64,000 nt of DNA from an uncultured delta proteobacterium (GCA_963696385.1 CAVOKF010000005.1:64001-128000), one strand, 5' to 3'. Counted from the first letter of the stretch, positions 51,089 through 61,579 are shown. Notes: generated from the letters alone by a model not told the origin. Program-made: numbers and translations.

Positions 51089-51234
51089 GTCCTCGAGTTT
51101 GTCTCGTCTTTGGGGCCGCCGTCCACTCGATGTGGCAAGGATCGAGCCCGACGTGTGCGGACCCCGGGCGACATGCCGTCGCGCCCGATCCGCCCACGGG
51201 AAAAAGCTTGTTGCCCGCGCTAACATCTCCGCTC

Positions 51235-51855
51235 GTGCTGGCATCGTGTCCGTTCTGTCACGATTTGGTCGATGGACGCGAAGGGCGTTCATGCTTGGTG
51301 TGCGGCATCGCCCTTGTGCCGTTTCATCGGGTATCTCCATCGACCGACGAACTCGAGGTCGACGGCATGCCGCTCCAGCCGGAACACGATCCATTACCAG
51401 TGACTTTTCTAGGACGTGGCCGAGGCCCGCTGGCTATGCTGGCTCTGGCGGGCGTCGCGGCGTTCCTCTCGTCGTGGGTCAAAGTCACACTGCCCGACAT
51501 CGTGACCTATTCCGGCTTCGCACTCGCCAGACGTCTAGGGTGGCTTTGGGCGGCAGGCATCGCATGGTGCGTGCTCGCACCCACGGTGCTCAGTCGCCGG
51601 TCCATTGCGCAGATGCGGGGCGCCCGCCTTGCGGCCGCGTTTCTCTCGGCAATTCCAGGGGTGGCGGCGCTCGTCCTTCTTGCCAGACCGCCTCACGGAT
51701 CGCACGGCGTACCGCTTCGCTTTGCGTTCGGGGCGGGTGTGTACGTCACGCTTGGTCTTTCCGCAGCAGCGCTGGCCGTGGCGCTGGCTTTCGGTGGTCG
51801 CGCGGACGACCTCCGTCTGCGCCGCGGATCCTCGCGTGACCAAGTCCTCCACTAG
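51235..51855 (+). CDS. Hypothetical membrane protein with N-terminal zinc ribbon
   Basis: CPFC..CLVC followed by about four TM segments. Confidence 0.65.
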   Translation: MLASCPFCHDLVDGREGRSCLVCGIALVPFHRVSPSTDELEVDGMPLQPEHDPLPVTFLGRGRGPLAMLALAGVAAFLSSWVKVTLPDIVTYSGFALARRLGWLWAAGIAWCVLAPTVLSRRSIAQMRGARLAAAFLSAIPGVAALVLLARPPHGSHGVPLRFAFGAGVYVTLGLSAAALAVALAFGGRADDLRLRRGSSRDQVLH

Positions 51856-51916
51856 CGTCGCGTGCGCACCGAGCAGACGCGTGCCAGACTTCGTGCCGAG
51901 CGATTAGGGAGTCCGG

Positions 51917-52727
51917 ATGGCCACCAAAGCGACCGCGGACCCTCGCTCCGACGGAGACGAGCTCGCGGATTCCGAAGTCCCTGCGGCGGTAGTCTGCGCC
52001 CGTTGCGGCGAAGCAGACTGCGCCGGATGCACTCACGACGAGACGCAGTCGGGGGTCGTCGCGGTCGTCCCTTGGGAGCGTCCGGGCACCAAATCGATTC
52101 GGACGATTGTGGGCTACGGCCCGAGCCACGACGTTGGATGCCGAACGGTTCTTCGAGTCGCTGCCCGATGGGCCGCTCGCTCCGGCGCTTCGATTCGCGA
52201 TCGCCTGTGAGACACTTGCGGCAACGGCCATGGCGCTTGCCGCTCTTGTCCCCGTTGCGATCTTGGCGCCCGCATGGATCCAGCACGTGGCCCTACACGA
52301 GGGCGCGTCGGCGTTCCGGTTTGCCGCCATCGGCGTGCCGTTCATCGCCCTGCTGCTCGTAGCCGCACACGCTGCTCACGGGTGGGCGCTCGATCATGGC
52401 GCGCGTCGTTCGGGCGCCCGCGGGGCATCGACAAGAGCGCTCCGCTTCGGCCTCTACGCCGCTGGCTGGGACCTCGTCATCGGACCGATTGGCGCGATCG
52501 TCGTGGTCACGAAGGAAGGTCCGGGCGCCGCCCTCTCGATCGGCACCTTCGCGGTCGGGCTTCCCGGTCGAAGTGCGAGAGCCTTTCTACGAGGTTGCTA
52601 CTGTCTCGAGGGGCTGCGCGCGCGGCCTGCGCTCCGCGCCTCGTATGTCGTGGCGATCGGGGTGACGCTGTTCGGTGCTGTCGCGGCCATCGCTGCGCTC
52701 CTGGTGCTACTCGCTCTCTGGTCTTAG
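51917..52727 (+). CDS. Hypothetical Cys-motif membrane protein, frameshifted near 52095-52106
   Basis: CARC..CAGC..VVPWERPG in one frame continues as GRLWATARATT plus TM helices in another frame. Confidence 0.6.
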
Positions 52728-52795
52728 CTTGCGGTTCGCACGCGGCTGCGCCAGTGCCGTCGTCCGCGGTTCAAAACGATTAGGAGTGCCCGTCG

Positions 52796-54121
52796 ATGTC
52801 CGAAGATACGAATGCCGGGCCTGTGCGCGTCATCGAATCCATTCCGGTCGGTGGCGACAATGAGGTCGAACCTGCGGAGGTCAAACGCGAAGGCATTCCG
52901 ACGCCGGCTCACCTGCGGATCTATGCGGAACTCGCCCGCGGCGCGATGGGGCGGATTCATCCCGCAACCGATCGCAATTTGTTGCGACACGTCGCTCTGA
53001 AACGGCTCGACAAGACCCTGGCGACGGAGAAATTTTACCGGGACGGATTCATCGCGGAGGCGCAGATGACCGGTCAGCTCGAACACCCGAACATCGTTCC
53101 CGTCCACGAACTTGCGGTCGACGAGCATGGCGTTCCGTACTTTACAATGAAGCTCGTGCGTGGCGCGTCTTTTGACCGGTGGCTACGCGATCCAGCGCTG
53201 CCGCTCGGCTCCACCGATCGGCTCGAGAAGGGCCTCGAGATCTTCACGAAGGTCTGCGACGCGCTGGCGTACGCCCACCATCGTGGGGTCATTCATCGGG
53301 ACCTCAAGCCGGAAAACATCATGGTCGCGAATTTTGGCCAGGTCTACGTGATGGATTGGGGATTGGCGCGTCTGACCAAGACGAAGCCCGCGTCCGGAAG
53401 TTCGTCGCAAATGGAGGCTCCCGGCCCCGTGGGAACGCCGGGTTACATGGCGCCGGAGCAGGCGCGCGGAACCCCCGCCGAAATGGATGAGCGTTCTGAC
53501 GTCTTCGGGCTTGGTGCGGTGCTCTATGAGATCGTGAGTGGCAAGACGCCCTATGGCCCCTACTACGACATGGACTCGGCGATTCAACGAGCCCGCGAGG
53601 GCGCCGTCGTTCCCATCGACGAGGCGACGATCGGCATCGGGATATCGAAGCGCCTCAAGAGCATCGTTGCGCGCGCGACCGCGGCGATGCCCGACCATCG
53701 CTATCAGAGCGTCCTGGACTTGCAACGCGACGTATCGTCGTTCTTGCGCGGAGGTTTGCACTTGCCTCGCAAGGCATTTGCCGCGGGCGGCGTGATCATT
53801 CGCGAGGGCGACGTCGGAGATGCCGCCTACATGATCGTCAGCGGCCGCTGCCGCGCCTACCGAACCGTCGGGGTAGATCAGGAAACGCTGGCTATCATGG
53901 CGAGCGGCGATGTCTTCGGGGAAATGGCCCTTCTCCTTGATGAGCCCCGCGCGGCGACGGTGGAGGCGATGGACTCAGTCACGGTTCTTGTTCTGAGCAA
54001 GAGCACGATGACCGAAGGGCTCGGCATCGGAGGGTGGACCGGCGCGCTCGTCCGGGCGTTGGCGCAACGGTTCCGTGATCTCGAGCAACAGGTGCGCAGT
54101 TCGGGGCTGCGGCGCAACTGA
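52796..54121 (+). CDS. Ser/Thr kinase with C-terminal cyclic-nucleotide-binding domain
   Basis: ALK, HRDLKPEN, DWG, GTPGYMAPEQ; IIREGD..Y.I.SG, FGEMALL..PRAATV. Confidence 0.92.
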   Translation: MSEDTNAGPVRVIESIPVGGDNEVEPAEVKREGIPTPAHLRIYAELARGAMGRIHPATDRNLLRHVALKRLDKTLATEKFYRDGFIAEAQMTGQLEHPNIVPVHELAVDEHGVPYFTMKLVRGASFDRWLRDPALPLGSTDRLEKGLEIFTKVCDALAYAHHRGVIHRDLKPENIMVANFGQVYVMDWGLARLTKTKPASGSSSQMEAPGPVGTPGYMAPEQARGTPAEMDERSDVFGLGAVLYEIVSGKTPYGPYYDMDSAIQRAREGAVVPIDEATIGIGISKRLKSIVARATAAMPDHRYQSVLDLQRDVSSFLRGGLHLPRKAFAAGGVIIREGDVGDAAYMIVSGRCRAYRTVGVDQETLAIMASGDVFGEMALLLDEPRAATVEAMDSVTVLVLSKSTMTEGLGIGGWTGALVRALAQRFRDLEQQVRSSGLRRN

Positions 54122-54124
54122 TCG

Positions 54125-54658
54125 TCACCGTGTCACGGGGAAGACGGAGTCGCGCGCGTCGCGGTGGCACGTCACGCACGGGGTAACCCGCCGGTCGGCT
54201 ACGGTTGCGCCGTCTGGAGCGACGGAGGCGAAGCTCCATTGCCCCTGCCTCTTCTCCATCAACAGCAATCCCGTGGGACGTTCGCCCCCTGCATCATGCG
54301 CGGTCGTGTCTTCGATCAGCAAGGCGCCGTCTTCCATTTGACGCTGGGCCCGAAGCGCGGATTGGGCAGCGGCGTTGACCCACACGACGGCGTCGAAGCG
54401 CTCGCCATGACCGTCGGAGAGAAACCGATTGGAAACCTGCACCATGTGCGACCGAACCAGGTGCGACCGAAAATTGGCGAACACAGGAGAGGGCTCTGGG
54501 GCTGCTGCATCGGTCGCACTCGCAATACGCTCGGCAGCGCGAGGCGGTGAGAATCCGACGGAACCAGCCGAACCGTAGCTGCAGCCAACGAACCCGATCG
54601 CGCAAACCGTCCGAACAAGCCACTTGTGGCCGATAGCCACGATTGTGCCGGGCGTCAA
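54125..54658 (-). CDS. Cytochrome P460 / c'-beta-like c-type cytochrome, possible lipoprotein
   Basis: C-terminal CVTCH; GALLIE..GLLLMEK..W.F pattern; FVGC lipobox-like site. Confidence 0.6.
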   Translation of the reverse strand: MTPGTIVAIGHKWLVRTVCAIGFVGCSYGSAGSVGFSPPRAAERIASATDAAAPEPSPVFANFRSHLVRSHMVQVSNRFLSDGHGERFDAVVWVNAAAQSALRAQRQMEDGALLIEDTTAHDAGGERPTGLLLMEKRQGQWSFASVAPDGATVADRRVTPCVTCHRDARDSVFPVTR

Positions 54659-54739
54659 AAGGACACCCCGGCCTTGAAAGATATCGTGGATTTCCGATCG
54701 CCTGAGATGCCGTCGACGGCCCCGGCACCCGCGCGGGCG

Positions 54740-55156
54740 TCAGCACGGCGCAGTCCGCGATTGAAAACGGTTCGTGTTCTCAGGCGAGAACGGATGGGTG
54801 TTCGGGTCGACCGCGCCATGTGTTCCCGGGTGCCACTATGGCACGCCGCCGGCGCAGGCGTTCGCGTGAGCGAATGCGGCTTCGACGCCGAGCCTGAAAC
54901 CGCCGATGCCCGTCGTGCGCGCGGAACGCATCGCGGCCGGTGCTATTGCCATTCCGAGCTCATTCATCAGGTTCACCCACGCAACATGGCTCAGCAAGCC
55001 GGAATAATTGTTCGGCACGGCGCGGGTCGCGAAGGGTGGGGCGAGTACCTCGTGCCGGGTTCTGGGCGATTTGCTGATAAGCGTCCCAGCCGGAAGTTCC
55101 GCGGTTGTGCGATCAGTCGCTCCGGCGCATGCAAATGAGCTCCGATGCCAGGGCAA
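54740..55156 (-). pseudogene. Degraded gene fragment
   Basis: Protein-like WVNLMNELGMAIAPAAMRSARTTGIGGFRLGVEAAF..VP*WHPGTHGAVDPNT with in-frame TAG at 54836-38. Confidence 0.45.
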
Positions 55157-55217
55157 CTGATGCGTTTCGCGGCTAAGGTTTGCGAGCGCGTAGCGTCAAG
55201 CCTGGTGCGTCGAACGG

Positions 55218-55754
55218 ATGCCGAAGACATTTTCCTCCAGGCCCCGCCTCCGCGCGAAGCCACTTGAGCCGTCCCTGCACGTCGTCCTCGTGGAGCCGGA
55301 GATTCCGCCCAATACCGGCAACGTCGCCCGCCTCTGCGCCGCGACCGCCTCGCCTCTGCATCTCGTTGGCAAGCTGGGCTTTCGTATCGATGAGCACAGC
55401 GTCCGCCGAGCCGGGGTGGACTATTGGCACCTCGTCGACATGAGGACCCACCCGCACTTCGACCATTTTTTGGACGCGTGGTCAATGGAATCGCCTTCGC
55501 GTGCGCTGCACCTTTTCAGCGCGACCGGGACCCGTAGCTACGCAGACGCCGCCTATTCCCCCGGCGACGCGCTCGTGTTCGGGAAAGAGAGCGTCGGGCT
55601 CTCTGAGGAGTTGCTCGCACGCTTTCCCAGTCGCGTTGTGGGCATTCCAACACTTGGAGCGGTCCGATCGCTCAATCTAGCGAACGCCGTGGGAATTGGG
55701 CTCTACGAAGCCCTGCGAAAGCTCGGTGCACTAACGGGGACCTTCATGGGATAA
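55218..55754 (+). CDS. trmL: tRNA (cytidine/uridine(34)-2'-O)-methyltransferase
   Basis: VLVEPEIPPNTGN.ARLC, RRAG.DYW, FGKES.GL, RSLNLAN. Confidence 0.95.
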   Translation: MPKTFSSRPRLRAKPLEPSLHVVLVEPEIPPNTGNVARLCAATASPLHLVGKLGFRIDEHSVRRAGVDYWHLVDMRTHPHFDHFLDAWSMESPSRALHLFSATGTRSYADAAYSPGDALVFGKESVGLSEELLARFPSRVVGIPTLGAVRSLNLANAVGIGLYEALRKLGALTGTFMG

Positions 55755-55760
55755 GCCCAT

Positions 55761-56915
55761 TCATTCGAAGGCCGGGATCCCGGTCAGGTCCTGTCCGAGC
55801 ACGAGGGTGTGAATGTCATCGGTCCCCTCGTAGGTCACTACCGTCTCGAGGTTGCACAGGTGACGCATCACGGGAAAATCGAGGGTGATTCCGTTTGCGC
55901 CGAGCACGTCTCGACAGCTCCGAGCAACGTTGAGCGCGTTGCTCGCATTGTGCCGCTTGACCATGCTGACCTGCTGCGGTCGGAGACGCCCTTCTGCTTT
56001 GAGCCTCGAAGCCTCGAGCGCCATGAGCTGCATGCTCGTAATTTGGGTGATCATGTCTGCAAATTTTGCCTGGGTGAGCTGATGCGCGGCGATGGGTTTG
56101 CCCGCGAACTGAACGCGGCGCATTGCGTAATCGAGCGCACAGTCGAAGCAGGCCGTTGCAGCGCCGATGGTGCCCCAAGCGATTCCCAAGCGCGCCGCGG
56201 TCAGACACGACAGCGGCCCTTTCATGCCACGGGCGCCAGGAAGAAGAGAGCCCTTGGGGACTCGGACGTTGGTCAGCACTAGCTCGCTCGTGACGCTCGC
56301 TCGCAGGCTGACCTTTCGCTCGATAGGCCGCGCTTCGAAGCCTGCGATATCCGCCGGGACGAGGAAACCACGCACCTCGCCGTCGAGCTTGGCCCACACG
56401 AGCGCCACGTCCGCAATGCCTCCGTTAGTGACCCAGCGCTTGGTCCCATCGATGACGTACGCGCTGCCGTCGTCGGTCGCAACGGTTCGCATGGCGGCCG
56501 GGTTTGACCCGAACTCGGGCTCGGTGAGACCGAAGCAGCCGATGATCTTGCCTTCGGCCATCTGCGGAAGATACTTGTGCTTCTGCTCCTCGGATCCAAA
56601 CGCGAAAATCGGGTGCATCACCAAAGAGCCTTGAACGGTTGCGAATGAGCGAATCCCGGAATCGCCGCGCTCGAGCTCCTGCATCGCGACGCCGTAGGAA
56701 ACCTCGCTTCCGCCTGCGCAACCATACCCATGCAGGTTGCACCCGAGCAGTCCCATGGAGCCCAGTTCGCGGATTCGCGCGACGGGGAAGGTTCCCCGTT
56801 CCCAATGCGCCGCGATGTCCGGGAGAATGCACGCGTTCACGAACGCGCGTGTCGAGCGTTGTACGGTCTGCTCCTCAGGAGAAAGGTGGCGAACCAGCTC
56901 AAAAAAATCGGGCAT
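55761..56915 (-). CDS. gcdH: Acyl-CoA dehydrogenase, glutaryl-CoA dehydrogenase-like
   Basis: ELERGDSG.RS, VQGSLVM.PI, GCFGLTEP..GSNP, GPLSCL..AR, LGANGI, TYEGT..IH.L. Confidence 0.82.
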   Translation of the reverse strand: MPDFFELVRHLSPEEQTVQRSTRAFVNACILPDIAAHWERGTFPVARIRELGSMGLLGCNLHGYGCAGGSEVSYGVAMQELERGDSGIRSFATVQGSLVMHPIFAFGSEEQKHKYLPQMAEGKIIGCFGLTEPEFGSNPAAMRTVATDDGSAYVIDGTKRWVTNGGIADVALVWAKLDGEVRGFLVPADIAGFEARPIERKVSLRASVTSELVLTNVRVPKGSLLPGARGMKGPLSCLTAARLGIAWGTIGAATACFDCALDYAMRRVQFAGKPIAAHQLTQAKFADMITQITSMQLMALEASRLKAEGRLRPQQVSMVKRHNASNALNVARSCRDVLGANGITLDFPVMRHLCNLETVVTYEGTDDIHTLVLGQDLTGIPAFE

Positions 56916-56991
56916 TGCGTCTCGGCGGCGGCCAGGCGGTGGTGATCGGCGAAGGTTATAGGGGTGGCGCGGGGCCTAGCTCCGGCAATGA

Positions 56992-58584
56992 CTAGCGTTC
57001 GACCCGAATGCTTGGCGTTGCTCCCGTAAAGTCAGCGCGGAGAGTTGTCCGTTCGCCCGGGCTCAAGGTGAGCCGCTCGCTTTTCGATTCGCCCGTCGCC
57101 GGGAACGAAAACGTAACGGAATGCGTGCCTGGGTCAACCGTGGCGCGCGCGGGACAAGCCCCGCGCGAAATCCCGTCGACGCGTGCCAGCGTCCCGTCGC
57201 CGAGCAAAGTCAATTGCGCGCGCTCGATGATCGGCGTCGTGGTCGTAGCGCCAGTCGGCGGCGCCGCCGCAATTCCCGAACTTGCGGTGTTCGGAACCGA
57301 GGAGACCACTGCGCGAACAGGGGGAGCGGAGATTTCGGGGGCATCCCTCGCCAGTATTGGCGGTTCGCGCCGGGTGATAGCGAGGCCCCGGCCGAGAAAG
57401 AAGGCCAGCAGTGCGAGGGTGGTCGCTCCGAACGAGATGCCGAGCCAGATTCGTTGGCGCCCAATGTGGCCCCGCTCCGCTCGAGGGCCGGTCTCGAAGG
57501 GTCGCATCGCTACGGTCTCGACGTCTCGGATCGGGGCAGGCGATGTCGACCGGAGCCTGCGCGTCGACTCTTCGTTCGGGTTGCGCATCGCTTGCAGTCC
57601 GCGAACCTCGTCGCGCGCGGCGAATGTCTTCGTGCCGATCTGCGTTGCCGTCGGGCGCGACGGCGGGCGCTGCAGTCCGGGCCGCGGCTCGGTGGCAATA
57701 GTCGGAGGGTGAGCGCGCGCCTCGCGAACTCGATCTCCGAGCTGCCTTGCCACATCGCCGAGATCGACTCCGGAAAGAAAGCGTCGCAACGCCCGACCGA
57801 GATCGTCGGCCTGCTGGGGGCGCGACTGCGGGTCAAGCGACATCGCGCTCGCCATTGTGTCGTCGAGCGGAAGCAAGCGCACGTCGACGTCGCTCGCTTT
57901 CGGGTGCGCCGCCCGCATCGCAGCCTCGATCTCGTCGACCGTGCGCCGACGGAAGGGTGGTCGTCCATCCCAGAGCTCCATGAGCAGAACGGCAACTGCA
58001 AAGACGTCGGCGGCCGCCGTCAACTCGCCCCCGGCCATTTGTTCGGGTGGCATGTGGCCCGGCGAACCGAAAATGCCGTGGCCGCTCGCCGCAGTCGCTA
58101 CGGGCGACGCGATGCCGAAGTCGATGACTTTAATCTGCCCCTCTTCGTCGACCATCACGTTTCGCGGAGTCACGTCGCGGTGAACGACTCCCACTCGTCG
58201 GTGTGCGTAATCGAGAGCTCGGCAAACTTCGATTCCGATATAGGCTCCTTCGTGGGGCGTCAGGCGCCCGGGAGCTGCTCGAAGGAGCTCCGCGAGGCTC
58301 ACTCCTTCCACGAACTCCATGGCCAAAAAATACGTTCCCAGCTCGACGCCAAGTTCGTACACGGGCACGATGTTGGGGTGTGCGAGTGCGACCGTCGTTT
58401 TCGCTTCCTCGACGAATCGGCGAACGAATTCGTCGTCACAGGCGAGCTCGTCGCGAATTTGTTTGACCACCAGCCGCTTCTCGAACCCTCCGGCCCCGCG
58501 CAGCGTTGCAAGCACGACGCGGGCCATGCCGCCTCGCGCGAGCTCGCGCTCGAGTACGTACTTGCCGAATACTTGCGGGTACAT
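56992..58584 (-). CDS. Membrane Ser/Thr kinase
   Basis: FGKY.L...LARGGMA, GAGGFEKRLVVK, HRDVTPRN, DFG; TM near the C-terminus. Confidence 0.9.
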   Translation of the reverse strand: MYPQVFGKYVLERELARGGMARVVLATLRGAGGFEKRLVVKQIRDELACDDEFVRRFVEEAKTTVALAHPNIVPVYELGVELGTYFLAMEFVEGVSLAELLRAAPGRLTPHEGAYIGIEVCRALDYAHRRVGVVHRDVTPRNVMVDEEGQIKVIDFGIASPVATAASGHGIFGSPGHMPPEQMAGGELTAAADVFAVAVLLMELWDGRPPFRRRTVDEIEAAMRAAHPKASDVDVRLLPLDDTMASAMSLDPQSRPQQADDLGRALRRFLSGVDLGDVARQLGDRVREARAHPPTIATEPRPGLQRPPSRPTATQIGTKTFAARDEVRGLQAMRNPNEESTRRLRSTSPAPIRDVETVAMRPFETGPRAERGHIGRQRIWLGISFGATTLALLAFFLGRGLAITRREPPILARDAPEISAPPVRAVVSSVPNTASSGIAAAPPTGATTTTPIIERAQLTLLGDGTLARVDGISRGACPARATVDPGTHSVTFSFPATGESKSERLTLSPGERTTLRADFTGATPSIRVER

Positions 58585-58594
58585 TCGGAGTTTG

Positions 58595-60436
58595 ATGCGA
58601 CGCTCTTATCGTAGCAAATGGGGTTGGTCGCTAGTACTTGCGATGGCGTCAATCGCTTGCAACAGAGCGTCTCGCATTACGACGCGCGTGGTGACGATGC
58701 ACGTAGTCTGTGCACCGGGCGGACTGACCCTCGATGGCAACGCGTACGCCATCTATTATGGGCTCGGCGACTTCGAACCCACAACCTCCCCTGTAGGCGC
58801 GCGAATGGTCGGCACGAGTACGGGGGCCTCACTCGCCGAAATTGATCCCGCGTCGCGGGCGCTCTTCATCGATGCGATGGAGAGCGATCGCGAGTGGTGG
58901 GGTGTAGGCAATATTGCGGTCCAGGGTAACGTGGACGTACTCGTCCTGCCGGCGCTTACGTCGTGCGGGCTACCGCCCCTTTCGAGTAACCCGAGCGGAG
59001 CGGTCTTGGGGGCAACCGGGGCGCAACAGCTGCTCGTGGTGGGCGGCGCGTCGACGACGTCTGTCGCTCACATCGATACGGGTCAAGTAAGGGCTGCGCA
59101 GCCGGATCTGCGAACACCGCGCTTGCATGAAAGCATTACGCCGTTTGGCGCGGGAGCTCTGGTAGCCGGCGGCGTCGACGCACAAACACCGGGATTGGTT
59201 CTCGCCGACGCAGAAGTCTACGACCCCTCCGTCGGCGGTTTTGACCAGCAGAATCCAATACTTTTGAGCGAGGCTCGCTCGGGCCATGGAGCCGTCGTCC
59301 TCGCGACTGGCGAGACGTTACTGGTCGGCGGAATCGGCGCAGACGGTGCAACGCTGCTCACTTCTATGGAGGTGGTGAATCCCGTCACTCGCACGGTTCG
59401 CGTCCAGAACGTCGCCGGCCTCACATACCCGCGACTTGGGGCTGACGTCCTGCTTTTGGCCTCTGGCGATATCCTTGTCGCTGGGGGTCTCGACGCGAAT
59501 GGGGCACCCGTGACTACAATGGAGCTCTTTTCGAGTGACGCCCAAAGCGAGCTTGCGACGTGGGCTGAGCCGGTGGTCGGGGGAGTCCGCGCTTATTCAG
59601 CACTGCCATCCGGGGGAGCACTCTTTGTGGTTACCCCGTCAGCCGGCTCCGGAATGGCCGACGGTGCGACGATCCGGAACAGCTGGCTGATCGATCCAGA
59701 CGGCACATTCGAGGCGGCCGCCCCTATTCAAGGTACGCTCACCAATCCCATATTTTTCGGGGGTGCAGGTGGAGCCCCCGCACTGTGGACGGGTGATCGA
59801 TGGCTTCGCTGGCAGCCCTGGAGTGGCTCCTTCGGAGCGCTCGGTTCACTCGACGACGTGGCTGCACAGGTCACGAACGCCACGATTTCGCCCGATAGCG
59901 GACTGGCGATGTGGCTCGACGCGAGCAGCGCCGACGTGACTCTCACCGCACTAAGATTCGACACGCGAAGCCCGTACTCGACACTCGACGAGCCGTTGCT
60001 AGTCGGCGACACTTCCAACACGGCCCCCGATCGGCTCGTTGCACCCGACGTCATCGCGTTTGATGCGGCGCTGGGGCTTACGTTGTCCCCTGGTGCGACG
60101 GTGTTCGTCACGGACCGCACGTACGCGGATGTCGTCGTGGATCTGGACACGCCGACGGGTGCGACGATTCTCGTCGTACTGCGCGACGAGCTCGGACGGG
60201 AACTCGTCGTGGGTGGAGAGGCATGCCCCGGGCCTCCCCCGGCCAGCGCGGCGACATCGATTCGCGTGGAGCGCAACGGGACCGAGGTCGTCTGGAGCGT
60301 GCCGAGCGGGCCCTCGGGCATTTGTCCCGAAGGCGTCGGGCAAGACGCGCGTCTCTCGCTCGGGGTTCGTGGAGCCGTTGGCGTGTCGCCTACCACCGTG
60401 CGTAACCTTCGAGTGACCCGCACGGGGACGCCTTGA
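58595..60436 (+). CDS. Kelch-repeat putative lipoprotein
   Basis: SIAC lipobox-like site; repeated R..H....L..G..LV.GG and E.YDP units. Confidence 0.7.
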   Translation: MRRSYRSKWGWSLVLAMASIACNRASRITTRVVTMHVVCAPGGLTLDGNAYAIYYGLGDFEPTTSPVGARMVGTSTGASLAEIDPASRALFIDAMESDREWWGVGNIAVQGNVDVLVLPALTSCGLPPLSSNPSGAVLGATGAQQLLVVGGASTTSVAHIDTGQVRAAQPDLRTPRLHESITPFGAGALVAGGVDAQTPGLVLADAEVYDPSVGGFDQQNPILLSEARSGHGAVVLATGETLLVGGIGADGATLLTSMEVVNPVTRTVRVQNVAGLTYPRLGADVLLLASGDILVAGGLDANGAPVTTMELFSSDAQSELATWAEPVVGGVRAYSALPSGGALFVVTPSAGSGMADGATIRNSWLIDPDGTFEAAAPIQGTLTNPIFFGGAGGAPALWTGDRWLRWQPWSGSFGALGSLDDVAAQVTNATISPDSGLAMWLDASSADVTLTALRFDTRSPYSTLDEPLLVGDTSNTAPDRLVAPDVIAFDAALGLTLSPGATVFVTDRTYADVVVDLDTPTGATILVVLRDELGRELVVGGEACPGPPPASAATSIRVERNGTEVVWSVPSGPSGICPEGVGQDARLSLGVRGAVGVSPTTVRNLRVTRTGTP

Positions 60437-60505
60437 TCGCGCCGGTGCCACCGTTGACCGGTAGCCACTCGAAAGCGCTCCGACGACGCTGTACGCTGGG
60501 CCCCA

Positions 60506-61579
60506 ATGATCACGCCACGCGAAGCCGGGTTCCGCATGCCTGGCGAGTGGGCCCCGCACTCGGCGACGTGGCTGGCATGGCCGAGCCACGAAAATCTCTG
60601 GCGGGACAATCTCGCAGCTACCCGCCGTGCGTTCGCGCAGCTCGTCGCAGCGGTGGCGGAGGGAGAGACGGCGGATGTACTCGTACCGGACGACGCGAAC
60701 GCGCGCCTTGCCCGCATCGCCCTGACACACCCTCGCACGCGGTTTCACCACGTTCCATTCGGCGACATCTGGCTGCGCGATACGGCCCCGCTGTTTCTTC
60801 ACGGGCCCGGGGGCGAAAGCGCTAGCGTGTCCTTTGCATTCAACGGCTGGGGTGGCAAATACATTCTCGATGAGGACGATCGCGTCGCGGAACGCATCGC
60901 CACAATTGTCGGTAAGGCTCTTTTTAAGATGCCATTCGTGCTCGAGGGTGGAGCCGTCGAAGTCGATGGTGAGGGCACCGTCCTAACGACGCGGCAATGC
61001 CTGTTGAACGCGAATCGCAATCCTGCGATGACGGGACTTGAAGTCGAGCGCGCCGTCGCCGACGCGCTAGGCTGCGAAAAAGTTCTCTGGCTCGGCGACG
61101 GGTTGGCTGGTGATCACACCGACGGTCACGTCGATACGATCGCCCGATTCACTCAGCCGGGAGTCGTGGTCGTGATGGAGCCGCGGGGCGCCGATGATCC
61201 GAACCGCGATGCCCTGAAGGCGATCGCCCGAGAGGCGGCGGCGCTGGTCGATGCGCGCGGACGTCGGCTCGAGGTCGTTCGCATCCCGTCTCCGGGTCGA
61301 GTCACCGATCGGACCGGGCGCGTCTTGCCGGCTAGCTACGTGAATTTTTACATTTCGAACGCCGCCGTCGTCGTTCCCACCTACGATTCGCCCTTCGACG
61401 ACGAAGCGGTCGCGGGTATCGACGCGCTCTTCCCGGACCGCCGCATCGTCGCGGTCGATGCCCGGGCCATTCTTAGCGGCGGCGGCGCGTTGCATTGCAT
61501 CACGCAGCAACAACCCCGGGACCAAGATACGAGGAGCCACGCGGATGCTCGTGCCGTGTGGCCGGCGGGGGAAAAATGA
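60506..61579 (+). CDS. aguA: Agmatine deiminase
   Basis: RMPGEW.PH, DIWLRD, FNGWGGKY, LEGG, DHTDGHVD, SYVNFY, GGGALHCITQQ. Confidence 0.95.
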   Translation: MITPREAGFRMPGEWAPHSATWLAWPSHENLWRDNLAATRRAFAQLVAAVAEGETADVLVPDDANARLARIALTHPRTRFHHVPFGDIWLRDTAPLFLHGPGGESASVSFAFNGWGGKYILDEDDRVAERIATIVGKALFKMPFVLEGGAVEVDGEGTVLTTRQCLLNANRNPAMTGLEVERAVADALGCEKVLWLGDGLAGDHTDGHVDTIARFTQPGVVVVMEPRGADDPNRDALKAIAREAAALVDARGRRLEVVRIPSPGRVTDRTGRVLPASYVNFYISNAAVVVPTYDSPFDDEAVAGIDALFPDRRIVAVDARAILSGGGALHCITQQQPRDQDTRSHADARAVWPAGEK

